A stretch of 64,000 nucleotides of DNA from Eledone cirrhosa. Taxonomy: Eukaryota. The stretch covers positions 17,670,001 to 17,734,000 of the forward strand of contig OZ024761.1 of assembly GCA_964016885.1 (NCBI GenBank), written 5' to 3'. This document shows, one piece after another, positions 1 through 12,344 of the stretch. The notes beneath the pieces were generated by a model that made no database searches, was not told the origin of the DNA, and saw only the letters and a program-made list of their open reading frames with translations. The position numbers were made by a program, and so were the translations under genes. Positions within the stretch are counted from its first letter, which is position 1; each line of letters opens with the position of its first letter.

Positions 1-123
1 CTGTGTTTGTTCCAGCTCTCTGTGCTCTGAGTTAAAGTCCGCCCTCTCAGGAATTCTCTCTGTGCTAGAGCAGTGGATTGGTGGAACTGTTAAGATTGTC
101 TGACTAAAATATCTTGTAATTAA

Positions 124-588
124 CCCTTTAGCATTTGCATTACTCTATATATACTATTGTATTTTCATGGTAAAGGCTTTACCTCACATAATATCTCACA
201 TAACATTTACATTACTCTATATATACTATTGTATTTTCACAGTAAAGGCTTTACCTCACATAATATCTCACATAACATTTGCATTACTCTATATATACTA
301 TTGTATTTTCATGGTAAAGGTTTTACCTTATGTAATTATCTCACAATATCGAATCTACAAGATTTTGATGTCATTTATTTTGAGAACTATACTTTGACAT
401 AAGTATCAGCAACTGGTTATGGCCGGTTTGAACAGAAAAAGGTGAGAGGATTCTGGCCGGTTTGAACAGAAAATGGTGAGAGAATTCTGGCCGGTTTGAA
501 CAAAAAAAGGTGAGAGGATTCTGGCCGGTTTGAACAGAAAATGGTGAGAGAATTCTGGCCAGATATGGTTGGTTTAAATGCTAAAGGG
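124..588. mobile_element. piggyBac-type MITE with internal tandem duplications
   Basis: TTAA|CCCTTTAGCATTT ... AAATGCTAAAGGG|TTAA: TIRs and TTAA TSD; internal ~63-bp and 35-bp repeats. Confidence 0.8.
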
Positions 589-959
589 TTAATGTGGAAA
601 GTGATAGGTTAAACAATGCAAAATGGATGGTAAGATGAAGTAATGAAAAAGTAAGTTAGCTGGTAATCTTTGGGTTTCTTTGAGGGGGTTTTGTTGCTGT
701 TGTTTCTTTCATCCTTGTGGTATTTGTTATGGTTCTTTGTGTTCTGAGTTCAAATCCCACCAAGGTCATCTTTGCCATTTGTCCTTTTGATGGTCATTAA
801 AATAAAGACCAGTCCTGGGTGTTGGTGAACTGGTACTTCATTGTCAAAATCTTCACCACCATCATCATCATCATCATCATCATCATCACTGTTTAGCGTC
901 CATTTTCCAGCTAGTAGGTGACTGTGTCTAGCTCACACAGAACTGTTTCTGACTGGGTT

Positions 960-1510
960 TCTAACACCAACCCCATTTACAGTGTGTACTGGGTGCTCTT
1001 TTGCCGTGCCAGCAACTCAGCCACCATACAGGGTGGCCTGGGTGCTTTTTGTCATGTCACAAACACAACCTCCTTTGTTATGTCATCAACATGACCACCT
1101 TATAGGTGCTTTTTGTCATATTACCAGCCTGACCACTTTACAAAGTGGACTAGGTTCTTTTTGTCATGTCACCAACATGACCACATTGGAGGATGAGCTG
1201 GGTGCTTTTGTTGTAGCACCAAAATGACCACTTTACAGAGTGGACTGGGCGCTCTTTTGTCATGTCACCAGCACGACCACTTTACAAGGTGGACTGGGTG
1301 CTCTTTTATAATGTTACCAGCACGACCACTTTACAGGGTGGACTGTGTGCTCTTTTGTCGTATCAGCAACTCAACCACCTTACAGGGTGGATTGGGTGCT
1401 TTTTGTCATATCAGCACCACAATCACTTTACAAGGTGGACTGGGTGCTCTTTTGTCATATCACCAGCATGACCACTTTACAGAGTGGACTGGGTGCTTTT
1501 TGTCATGTCA
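960..1510. repeat. Degenerate ~50-bp minisatellite derived from a SINE segment
   Basis: Recurrent CCACTTTACAGRGTGGACTGGGTGCTCTTTTGTCAT unit; the same motif is present in SINE-A bodies. Confidence 0.7.
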
Positions 1511-2095
1511 CTCGCGTGAGATTGTTGAACAGAAATGGCTTGCTGTATTTATTTCAGCTTTTTATGATTTGCACCCAAATACTTTATTTTATTGACCCTA
1601 AAAGGTTGAAGAAACAAGTTGACCTCTGTAATTTTTGAACTCAGAACCAGAGCATAAAGATCTGGATTAAATACTGAAAGGCTTATTATTTTATGCTCTA
1701 ATGACCCTCGTGGGAAAAAAAAATCTCTAGTGAAATTAAAGAGAAGGTATTTGAAGTTCATAAGACATTTTGCGTAACGCTCCAGTGATTCTTGTAATTC
1801 TCCATTAATCACTGAGCTACCAAATGATGGTCAGGGTTGGCCTATGGTTAAACAACAACAACAACAACTGCAATAATCTTACTCCACACGAAGGTAAGTA
1901 GGTGAACAAGGTCCCACATCTCCACCCTACCCGTCCCATCCATGTCTTTTAGGTGTCAGATGTCATAGAAGTATTAGTACAACAGCAACAATAACAACAA
2001 CAAAAAATAACACCACCATTGATAAATTGATCTCAAACACACTTTTATGACATCATTCGTAATTGATCAAGCAAACAGCAATTTCTTGTGTAAAT

Positions 2096-2607
2096 ATATG
2101 TGTATGTATATGTATATATATATGTGTGTGTGTATATGTATATTTATATGTGTGTGTATATGTATATATATATATATGTGTGTGTATATATATGTATGTA
2201 TATATATGTGTGTGTATATATGTGTGTATATATATGTGTGTATATGTATGTGTATATATATGTATGTATATGTATGTATATATATATATATATTTGTGTA
2301 TATGTATATATTTGTGTATACATATGTATATGTATATATTTGTGTATACATATATATATGTATATATATTTGTGTATACATACATATATATATATATGTA
2401 TGTATATATATTTGCATATACATACATATATATATATGTATATATATTTGTGTATACATATATATATCTATCTCTATATATATGTATATATATTTGTGTA
2501 TACATATATATATCTATCTCCATATATATGTATATATATTTGTGTATACATACATATATATATATATATATGTGTGTGTGTGCACACACATATATATATA
2601 TATATAT
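2096..2607. repeat. Compound (TA)n/(TG)n microsatellite
   Basis: Direct reading; source of the spurious Y/I/C/V ORFs. Confidence 0.95.
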
Positions 2608-2970
2608 TAAACGATGATGATGATATAAACATTTATAGATCTTTTATGAAGAACTTTTAAGAGAATGCACTAAAATAGTTGACTTTATTTGCTTCTGAGA
2701 AACTAGGTTGCTGTTTGAATGTGAAGTAACACTTAATTTCAATTTTAGGTTAACTCTTTTAATACCAAACTGCCTGAACCTCCCCACCCAATCCTTGGTT
2801 CTACTTACAAAACTGCCTATTTTAAAGTGTTTATATTTATCTTTAAAAAAAAATGTCCACCATAATTTTATGTAAGAACATTTTTATGTTCCAAACACCA
2901 ACTTAATAATGAGAAAATTAGTTTTTTGTTTTTGTTTTTTTACTAAATATCCCCCTAATCCTTATCTTCA

Positions 2971-3096
2971 CTGGCGGCTCGACTAACAGAGGTAACTAGT
3001 GATACTCGTGAGGACGCTTGGTTGTTCCAGCGCATCATCCTTGCCATCACCTGAGGTAGCACTGCGAGCACACTGGCTTACCTCAAAAATTATTAG
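2971..3096 (+). mobile_element. 3' remnant of CRE-like (RLE-type) non-LTR retrotransposon ORF
   Basis: Translates LAARLTEVTSDTREDAWLFQRIILAIT*GSTASTLAY, resembling the CRE C-terminal L..VTGD.RE..FLFQRLS.A.QRGNAAS motif; internal stop. Confidence 0.65.
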
Positions 3097-3267
3097 AGAG
3101 GTTTCCCAGTGGTCCTCGCAATACTGTTATCTTTTGCTCAGGTAGCGATTTGTTTGTTCACCCCTTTCGCCTGCCTTTTGTTGTTTGTGGTCCTAGATGT
3201 ATGTCTTCTTGATTATTTTAAAAACTATTTGAGAACTATTGCCAGCTGTGTCTTTCATTAGAAACCA

Positions 3268-3665
3268 TCATCATCATCATCATCATCACCGTTTTACGTC
3301 CATTCTTCCACGCTAGCATGGGTTAGACGGGTTGTCCTGTTGTGGGCAGTGTCCGGTCGGCTGACCTTGTCTTGCTCATACAGGAACTGATTCTGGCTTG
3401 ATTTCTACAGCTGGATGCCCTTCCTAACACCAACCTCATTTTCAGTGAGTGCTGGGTGCTTTTTTGCCGTGGCACCTCCACGACCACTTTGCAGTGGAAC
3501 GATATGGACCCCAGTCCCTATCATCTCATTTCTACAGCTGAGTAAACTGGAGCAATGTGAAATAAAGTGTCTTGCTCAAGGAAACAACGCATCACCTGGT
3601 CCGAGAAATGAACTCACAACCTTTCGATTGCAAGCCCAATGCTCTAACCACTAAGCCATGCGCCT
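3268..3665 (-). mobile_element. tRNA-derived SINE family A (RTE-type tail, (GAT)n end)
   Basis: Reverse complement of the 11511 copy; A box TGGCTTAGTGG, B box GTTCA.TTC. Confidence 0.85.
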
Positions 3666-3755
3666 GGTAACAAAAGGGTTAAAGTGTTTATATTTAAACC
3701 ATAACCTTCCATCGTAATTTTTTATAAGAACCTTTGTTAACTCTTTAGCATTTAA

Positions 3756-3962
3756 CCCTTTAGCATTTAAACCGGCCAGAATTCTCTCACCTCTTTCTGT
3801 TCAAACCAGCTGTAACAAGCTACTCATGCTGATCTTAAGATATTGTTTTCAAAATACTCAAAATAAATAATATCAAAAGTTCATAGATTCAATATTATGT
3901 GAGATAAAGCCTTTACCACCAAAATACAATAGTAAATATAGAGTAACGTAAATGGTAAAGGG
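3756..3962. mobile_element. piggyBac-type MITE (~207 bp)
   Basis: TTAA|CCCTTTAGCATTT...AAATGGTAAAGGG|TTAA; same family as 124-588. Confidence 0.8.
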
Positions 3963-4129
3963 TTAAGTTATGTTCCAAACACCAGCTTAATAATGAGAAA
4001 GTTAGTTATATTACTAACTCCTAAATTCTTCATTATTTAAAAAATTGTGAAAAACCATAGGCAGAGTCTTTCATTAGAAATATGGTAATGAAAGGGTTAG
4101 GTTATGTTCCAAACACTAGATTAATAATG

Positions 4130-4345
4130 ATTTCTAGTATAGGCACAAGGCCAGTAATTTGGGGGGAGGGGAAAGTCGATTAAATTGACCCCAGTGCGTG
4201 ACTGGTACTTTATTTTATCGACCCCGTAAGGATGAAAGGCAAAGTTAACCTCGGCGGGATCTGAACTCGGAACATAAAGGGTCATAACTCTATGCTGCAA
4301 AGCATGGCATCCAACCCTCTATCAATACTGCCAATCCAACGCCCT
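4130..4345 (-). mobile_element. tRNA-derived SINE family B
   Basis: Reverse complement of head AGGGCG..GGATTGGCAGTA, central GCCTTTCATCCTTACGGGGTCGATAAAATAAAGTACC, (ATT)n-type tail. Confidence 0.85.
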
Positions 4346-4689
4346 TGATTTGTTCATTATAATGATGATGATTATAAACATCTAAATTAACCCATTTTTA
4401 GGATATTTTCTGCTTAATCATTATAGACTTGTAATGTGTGGAGTGAGGTTTGTTGAGGTGTGGGATGAAGTTTGTTAAGACATGGGGTGAAGTTAAAGTC
4501 AGGGGGTGGTTATAATGGACTACATAGATGTGTCAGTAGAATGCTATTTTGACACAGGTTTACAACCTAAATCTATTATGGAGGTGTGTACCTGAGGTTA
4601 CATTATCTAATGTGTCCTGTTTTATATTTAGAGCTATACTATCTAATGTGCCATTTCTTTTATTCAAACACAATGTATCTAGGACTACA

Positions 4690-4962
4690 TTATAATAATA
4701 ATGAAATTATTGTGTACAGTGCTCAGGTGCAGTCTCATCAAAGGTGCACGTCTAGTACATAGAATAATGTACAAATGTCAGGAAAGTGAACAGTGTATGA
4801 GTCATGGTATACATGTGTGCATGTGTATGGAGGGGGGATATCAGGTGTAGTGTTGGCGAATTTCAGGAAGCATGGAGGTTTTAAAGGATGCAGTGTCTTT
4901 GCAGGTAACAACTGATGCAGGTAGTTTGTTCCATGCTTCAGCAACTATGAGCGTGAAAAAAA
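4690..4962 (-). mobile_element. CR1 LINE 3' fragment
   Basis: Reverse complement matches the end of the CR1 at 10186 (FFTL.VAEAWNKLPASVV) plus 3'UTR and (ATT)n tail. Confidence 0.85.
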
Positions 4963-5318
4963 TGATCTAATGTACCATGTCTTTTATTCAGACATAGTGT
5001 ATCTAGGACTACATTATCTAATGTACCATGTCTTTTATTCAGACAGTGTGTCTAGGACTACATTATCTAATGTGTTCTGTCTTTTATTCAGACAAAGTAT
5101 ATCTAGGGTTACATTGCCTAATGTGCCCTAACATAAGAAGTGGAAGCACCCTCTTTCTCTCTCACTCTCTCTGGTTTTCTTAGTTTTATCTCTGCGACAG
5201 GCGAGAGATGCTGTGCTGAGAAGGACCCATCCAACAAATGCAAGCATGGAAAAATGGGGATAAAAATGATGATGATGATATATAATATATGTATACATAT
5301 ATGTATATGTATGTACAT

Positions 5319-5349
<31 letters not shown>

Positions 5350-5566
5350 ATGAAAGAGTCACGACCCCAATGGCTGAGCTGGTGAAACGGCAAGAGCTCA
5401 GCCGCTGGGGTCCTGACTCTTTCATATTACCACACTCTACTACCCCAAGTATTGAGTACTCTGGTGAGTAATAGTCTAATAGATTTTTACTGCATCCATT
5501 TTGATTTATATATATATTTCATCATCATCGTTTAATGTCCATCTTCCACGCTAGAATATATATCCA

Positions 5567-6140
5567 TATGATGCGCATGAAAGACGACAGCTGTATACAA
5601 AATTGATGGAAGTTACGGAGTAGGTAGATCCAAAAAAGCCTGGGATGACTTCATAAATTCCAACCTTGCACACTTGCACCTCTCTAAGACAATGTCACTG
5701 GATCGAGATGTTTGGCATCACGCAGTAATACAGAAGACCTGCCTTCCCTAGGTAACCTACAGTCAGTAGACCCCTCCAAACCAAACATACACCCCAGCCC
5801 ACTACCCCTACTCCATCCTCCCATTCCCAGCAACACCACCCTTTCTCTATAAAGTTATGTTGGTACCACAACATCCAATCCAAACTAATGAGGTCGTGTA
5901 GCTGTCATGACAAAAAACACAGTCCACACTAATGTGGTCGTATAGGTAACATAGTAAAAAGTTCCTAGTCCACACTGTAAATGTGGTTGGTGTTAGGAAG
6001 GGCATCCAGCCATAGAAAACCTGCCAGATAGTCCTATATGAGAGAGACACGGTCACCCGACCAATCTTGCCTCAAATGGGACAATTCCCGTCTAACCCAT
6101 GCTAACGTGATGTGAAAGATAGATGTGAAACGATGATGAT
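5567..6140 (+). mobile_element. 5'-truncated RTE 3' end with SINE-like 3'UTR
   Basis: Colinear with 23830-24410 (ATGCGCATGAAAGACGACAGCTG... to (GAT)n). Confidence 0.8.
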
Positions 6141-6599
6141 ATATATATATATATGTATATATATATAAATGAAAACAGAGAAATGAATGTAAGCAGGAAG
6201 CCTACAATAATTAGACATATAAGTGACTATAACATCAAGATGAAACATTTTTAACGAAAGATATGGGATAAGTAATAAAATCTTAATTCAATAAAATCAA
6301 GAAAAAATACTTAACCTTCAATTTGGGAAAACTACAAATGCACTATATAGTCTTAAAAGACTATTTCATGAAACTTTTCAGTGGGGTTAGTCACGGTTGG
6401 GATCGTTCAGTAGTGCTCAACACGTTAACTAAATCTCACTGCTACAATGTCTGGGTGGAATTGAAAGCAGGCAAGTGAACATCGTGTAGAATTGAAATAA
6501 AAGCACACGTGGACTCACGAAAAAACTCAACAAATATATATATATTATATAGTATTAGCTTTCTCCGTTTATGTATTTATATATATATATATATATATA

Positions 6600-6892
6600 T
6601 AAATACATAAACGGAGAAAGCTAATAGCGATACTCCGGCCAAATTCCAACTCACTCAACAAACATTAGGAAATATCTGAGTATATTCCTAATTAAATGTT
6701 CGGGGTGCTAACTATATTATATTGTGTGGAAAATTGGCTGTATCATTTCATATGAGATATATCAAATATATCATTTCCCAGACGGACGTCTCGTTTCACC
6801 TTAAGATTTCTACAAGTTGGGTGAAATTATACCAAATTGTGTAGAAGTGTATAAGATCAACAGATACTTATACAAGTGGGCTCTTATAATTC
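6600..6892. repeat. Dispersed ~290-bp element in a (TA)n tract, second copy at 9820-10110
   Basis: Near-identical direct copies; short inverted copy of its start at 6553-6580. Confidence 0.75.
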
Positions 6893-7623
6893 TTCAATGG
6901 GTTCCCAATAATATTAATATTGATAACCAAATCAACATCAATATTTAGCGATAATCACCATCAGTGCTTGAGGGAGCTGCTAGGTTGTTAGTCCAGCAGT
7001 TCTAAAGAAAATCTCACACTGTCATATATATATATATGCAGTTACTGTTGAAATGTAACTTGTATAAGCATCACGTGAAGAAAAGTCACTAATTTGATGC
7101 CTCTTGTATTCTGGTGGTATGGTCAGATTTGGGCCTTGAAACCTTGAGTTGCACCTCTGTTCTGTGTATGAACATAAATAAATAATATAATATTTCTGCT
7201 CTCTCCCTGATTGAGCCCTGTTTTCATTTTTCCTTTTCACACCTACGGATATTTCTACATATACATAGACACACACACACATATATATATATATATTCCC
7301 TCCGAAGAAGAGATATCTCGAAAATTAAGGACATTTAAATAAATCTAAGGTAAAAGACTAATTGTCAACAATATCTTTTGCATTTGCATTTTTTATTCTA
7401 TGTCCATACCTGCATTGTTTTGGCTTTACAAATTCAAACGTTTATACCTCATTACACAATGCTTCAAGTGAACTATAACTTCCTCCTCATATATATCTCT
7501 CTATATATATATTGTTATGCTTTGGGAGGGTCATGTTGCCAATAAGAAACACATGCACCAATTACTTTCACTCCAATTTATTATAAGTTAAATTTATAAA
7601 TTTTCGGTTTGAAAGAATTCCCA

Positions 7624-7666
7624 GTCACTGAAGAGGTCACAGAATGTGTGACGAAAGAACTTTGAC
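7624..7666 (+). ncRNA. Minimal type I hammerhead ribozyme motif
   Basis: GTCA-CTGAAGA-G-GTCAC(agaatgt)GTGAC-GAAA-G(aa)CTT-TGAC: stem I GTCA/TGAC, 5-bp stem II, CUU triplet; inside inverted repeat 7511-7818. Confidence 0.65.
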
Positions 7667-8016
7667 AATATATGAACAACCGTCTGGTTGTGGAACCAAC
7701 CAACCGGAAATTTATAAATTCTTAAATTTCTAAATTTAATTTATAATAAATTGGAGTGAAAGCAATTGGTGCGTGTGTTTCTTATTAGCAACATGACCCT
7801 CCCAAAGTATAACAATATCGGTTTCAACACACGTTTTCAGATAAAGAATCTTGCTAAACAAGTTCAAAATATATATATAGGAAAATGTATGACCCTGACG
7901 GCAGAGCTCAAGCCGTTTCGACGGCTATTTCTGGACTAAATTAGAATTTTTAGCGTGGTAAATAAATATATATATATATATATAACCTGTTCCTTATATT
8001 AAACAAATATTTTTTA

Positions 8017-8101
<85 letters not shown>

Positions 8102-8374
8102 GTATACATATAGTATAAAAATACTATTCACACTCTGCTCTGTATGAATATTGAGTGCTAATTTTGGCATACCGCCTATGGAAGCACCATAGCTACCATT
8201 ATACACACGTATATATATATATATATATATAAGGATTAAAATACTGGAGCGTGTTGGAGTTAAACACCCTCTTCGTATTATAGAAATGACAGTAAAAGGT
8301 ATAGCTCAATGTAATTAAACAGAGCCGAAGAATTATGAAAATAAAACAAAGAAGCCTTCAATACATCAAAAGTC

Positions 8375-8425
8375 TTTATTAGCCAACAATGTTTCGTCCT
8401 ATTAAGGACTCATCAGGGCAATAAA
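8375..8425 (-). ncRNA. Minimal type I hammerhead ribozyme motif
   Basis: Minus strand TTTATTGCC-CTGATGA-GTCC(ttaata)GGAC-GAAAC-att-GTT-GGCTAATAAA: canonical core, G-C closed stem II, stem I TTTATT.GCC/GGC.AATAAA. Confidence 0.8.
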
Positions 8426-9185
8426 ACCAGAAGAAGTACTATCGGCCAATACAAGCCGAAAACTCCGAAGAATATGGAGTGTACATACACTAAATTATTG
8501 GAAGATTATGGGTAAAAAATATATAATAAAAATCACTAAGGAGGCGGATAACATTTTGAACCATATTACAAATATAGTCCAAAGCAAAAAAAACCTAGAG
8601 CTAAACAAAGGTGGTTATATAGAGCGGGAACTATATATAATACAATATAATATAATATACTTGTAACAATATTAAAATTAAAAGGCACAATATACATATG
8701 TATATATGTACGCACACGTACGCACATATACATATACATCAATACACATATCCATCATTAACAGCACAAATTAAACCTTATTAAGAGTTTAAATATAAAT
8801 AAGCATAATAGGAATAAAAATAATAATAATATGTATATCTAATATACATGAAGTAATGAAATGATTAAAAGTAACACATATAATATATAATAAACTATAT
8901 AATTACATAATATATAATATAATATAATAGATAATCTCCGGTTAATTTACACAAACAATATAGATGTCACAATAATACTATAATAATAATATATTAATAT
9001 ATAATATAATATATTGTTGGCTAATAAAGACTTTTGATGTATTGAAGGCTTCTTTGTTTTATTTTCATAATATATATATATATATATATGGTACCACGAA
9101 AAACAGGAATAACTAGGCAGGAAGAATTGGTCAGATATATATATATATTATATATATATATGATGCCTACGTGTAATATATATTT

Positions 9186-9250
<65 letters not shown>

Positions 9251-9760
9251 CACACATTAAGAACCCAAGGACAAAGAGTTAAATCAATCTAGAATGTTGG
9301 TGTGTGTGTGAAGATGGGAGTGTCTGTGTGAAGATGTTTGTGTGTGTATGAGGATATCTATGTGAAGATGGGAGCGTGTGTATGTATGTGTGTGGTGACA
9401 TTCAACTGAAATTTTATATTCACTAATTTTCTCATATTTTAATTACAATTTCCTGTGGTTGGTGGTGTTGTTATTGTTGTTGCTAGTGTTAGTGTTACTG
9501 TTGTTGTTGTTGTTCCTTACAGTGTCAGAAAACAACTCCATTTTACTGGGAATGAGGTGGTTGATCTAAGTACGTGTAGAGTAAATCTTTAAGTAAGTAA
9601 ATAGCTGAATATATTAAATAAACTACAATTAAATTATGTAATGTTTGCACTGAAGAGAAAAATATATAAAATATATGAAACCTGTGTATGAGAAGAGACA
9701 AAACTAAGTAGCCGAGGAATCCTGCCTGAAGCCTTCTCCACCCCTCCCTTCACTCCATAT

Positions 9761-9814
<54 letters not shown>

Positions 9815-10185
9815 ATATATAAATACATAATTGGAGAAAGCTTATAGCGATACTCCTGCTATATTCCAACTCACTCAACAATCATTAGGAAATAACTGAG
9901 TATATTCCCAATTAAATGTTCGGGGTGCTAACTAATTGTATTGTGTGGAAAATTGGCTTTATCATTTCATATGAGATATATCAAATATATCATTTCCCAG
10001 ACGGAAGTCTAGTTTCACTATAAGATTTCTACAAGTTGGGTGAAATTATACCAATTTTTGTAGAAGCTTGTATAAGATCAACAGATACTTATTCAAGTGG
10101 GCTCTTATAATAACTAATATAACTATGTACAGTTGCCTCCTGTGTTTTGTTCATTTATTTTCAACTTTACACACACACATATATA

Positions 10186-11366
10186 TTGCGAAGGCCTTCA
10201 ATTCTGTGCCACACAAAAGGCTTATGGCAAAACTCTCTGCAATGGGTGTGAAGGATGATCTTTTTAACTGGTTGAAGTCCTTCATTCTCAGTCGAAGAGA
10301 GGTAGTCACGGTTCTGGGACAGCATTCCTCACCATATGAGATGTCATCTGGTGTACCTCAGGGATCTGTTCTTGGCCCCCTTTTGTTTGTGGCATATATT
10401 AATGACATAGATGCCAACTTAAGGAATGCCACAGTACTAAAGTACGCAGACGACATCAAGCTGTACCTTGAGATAAAAAGGACAGATCCTGAACACTATA
10501 GATCTTGCTTGCAGTCTGACCTGGACACAATGCAACAGTGGATCTCAGACTGGCAACTCAAGCTAGCTGTGGACAAGTGCACCACCATGCATTTTGGGAG
10601 TAAAAACCCAGCGTCCACATACTCCCTCCACAGCACTAATATCAAGAAGTCTTCCTGTGAACGTGACCTGGGCATTACGGTCAGCAGCGATTTGCGTTGG
10701 ACGAGGCACGTCTCTAAAATTGTCAAGAGGGCCGAGGGTGTCTTAGCATCACTCAGCAAGACCTTTGTCAGCCGCTCTCCAGATATCTATTTAAGGCTGT
10801 ATACAGCTATGGTGCGACCACACTTAGAATTTGCATCACCAGTCTGGAACCCCTATCTTGCTCAGGACATTGACCGCCTGGAAACTGTTCAGAGACGTGC
10901 AACCAAGCGAATACCCTCCATCAGGCATCTACCATACTCTGAGCGCCTTGCTTCCCTGGGCATGGATTCATTGAAGCTCCGACGCCTGGCAACTGAATTG
11001 GTAAACACCCACAATATTGTTAACCATGTTGCCAACAACAACCCTGAGTACCTTTTTGATTTCCATGTGTCTAACACACGTGGACATGCCCACAAAGTAA
11101 GAAAACAGCACAGTTCCCATGACTTTCGGAAACATTTTTTCACGCTCAGAGTTGCTGAAGCATGGAACAAACTACCTGCATCAGTTGTTAGCTGTCGAGA
11201 CACTGCATCCTTTAAGGCCTCCATGCTTCCCGATATCCGCCAACAGAACAGCTAACACATACACACATGTACTTCCCTGACATTTGTGTATTATTCTATG
11301 TACTATATTGACGAGTTGTAGTGCACCTGAGCACTTTACACAATAATTTCATTATTATTATTATAT
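10186..11366 (+). mobile_element. CR1-clade LINE, 5'-truncated, uninterrupted RT ORF (10186-11255)
   Basis: AKAFNSVPH, SGVPQGSVLGPLLF, YADD, ERDLG, YTAMVRPHLE, W.P....DI..LE.VQRRATK, FFT.RV..AWN.LP; (ATT)n tail. Confidence 0.92.
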
Positions 11367-11461
11367 ATAAACAGTTTAACACCGCACTACCATCAGTTTC
11401 ACAAATTCTACATTATGTGTTGATTGCTCTTTCCTTTCTTTTTTACTCGCAGCTGTGTGTG

Positions 11462-11510
<49 letters not shown>

Positions 11511-11512
<2 letters not shown>

Positions 11513-11907
11513 AGGCACATGGCTTAGTGGTTAGAGCATTGGGCTTGCAATCGAAAGGTTGTGAGTTCAATTCTCGGACCGGTGGATGTGTTGTTTCCTT
11601 GAGCAAGACACTTTGTTTCACATTGCTCCAGTTTACTTAGCTGTAGAAATGAGATGATAGGACTGGGGTCCCTATCATTCCACTGCAAAGTGGTCGTGGA
11701 GGTGCCACGGCAAAAAAGCACTCAGCACTCACTGTAAATGAGGTTGGTGTTTAGGAAGGGCATCCAGCTGTAGAAATCAAGCCAGAATCAGTTCCTGTAT
11801 GAGCACGACAAGGTCAACCGACTGGACACTGCCCACAACAGGACAACCCATCTAACCCATGCTAGCGTGGAAGAACGGACATAAAACGGTGATGATGATG
11901 ATGATGA

Positions 11908-11908
<1 letters not shown>
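11511..11908 (+). mobile_element. SINE family A, full length
   Basis: tRNA-like head GGAGGCACATGGCTTAGTGGTTAGAGC...GTGAGTTCAATTCTC; ends (GAT)n; inserted in (TA)n. Confidence 0.9.
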
Positions 11909-11942
<34 letters not shown>

Positions 11943-12344
11943 TATTAGAAAGTTATGTTTTTTTACAAAATGAAAAAAAAACGAGGTGTCCTACACGAGT
12001 GAAAGTATAAGGAAAAAAGATGAAATTGAAAATGCAACTGGAGTCTTTTTAAAAAAAAAAAATATTTATTTGGTTCCTTTACCGGTTTCACAGTTCTTCT
12101 GCTTTTCAAAAGTAGAATTGAGATGGAGGGTTTGTGGTTTTTCGCACATACATATATATATATATATATACACACAGTCTGGAACTAGCTGTTGAAGCGA
12201 CAAGAGCTCAGCCGTTGGTTCCCAACTCTTTCTAGTCACACTCTACTATCCTAAGTATCGAGTACTTTGTTGAATAATGGTCTTACTAGTTTAATACTGT
12301 TTCAATCCTGATATCATATATATTGAGAATTGAACTCACATCAC

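Noticed and set aside
2047-2660. Long Y/I/C/V/H/T-rich ORFs here and at 22079-22561, 39465-40469 and 60120-60683
   Set aside because: Translations of (TA)n/(TG)n microsatellites.
4548-4573. Possible 26-bp micro-exon (GLQPKSIME); also a donor-like AAG|GTAAGT at 1894
   Set aside because: Weak splice context, phase incompatible with ELP4 exon 2, and no recognisable homology.
6730-6790. Hammerhead-like fold on the minus strand of the 6600/9820 repeat
   Set aside because: Core reads CTGGGAA and stem I does not pair in either copy.
9645-9690. CTGAAGA...GAAA motifs (also 20318 and 42378)
   Set aside because: Stem I or III is missing or the core is degenerate; could be chance in AT-rich DNA.
10068-10185. 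N-terminal part of the 395-aa ORF (likewise 18134-18206 of the 400-aa ORF)
   Set aside because: Chance read-through from flanking DNA into 5'-truncated LINEs; not real start codons.
11511-11585. tRNA genes at SINE heads (also 55860-55922)
   Set aside because: A/B boxes are present, but the SINE-A heads run into SINE bodies and none forms a proper cloverleaf.
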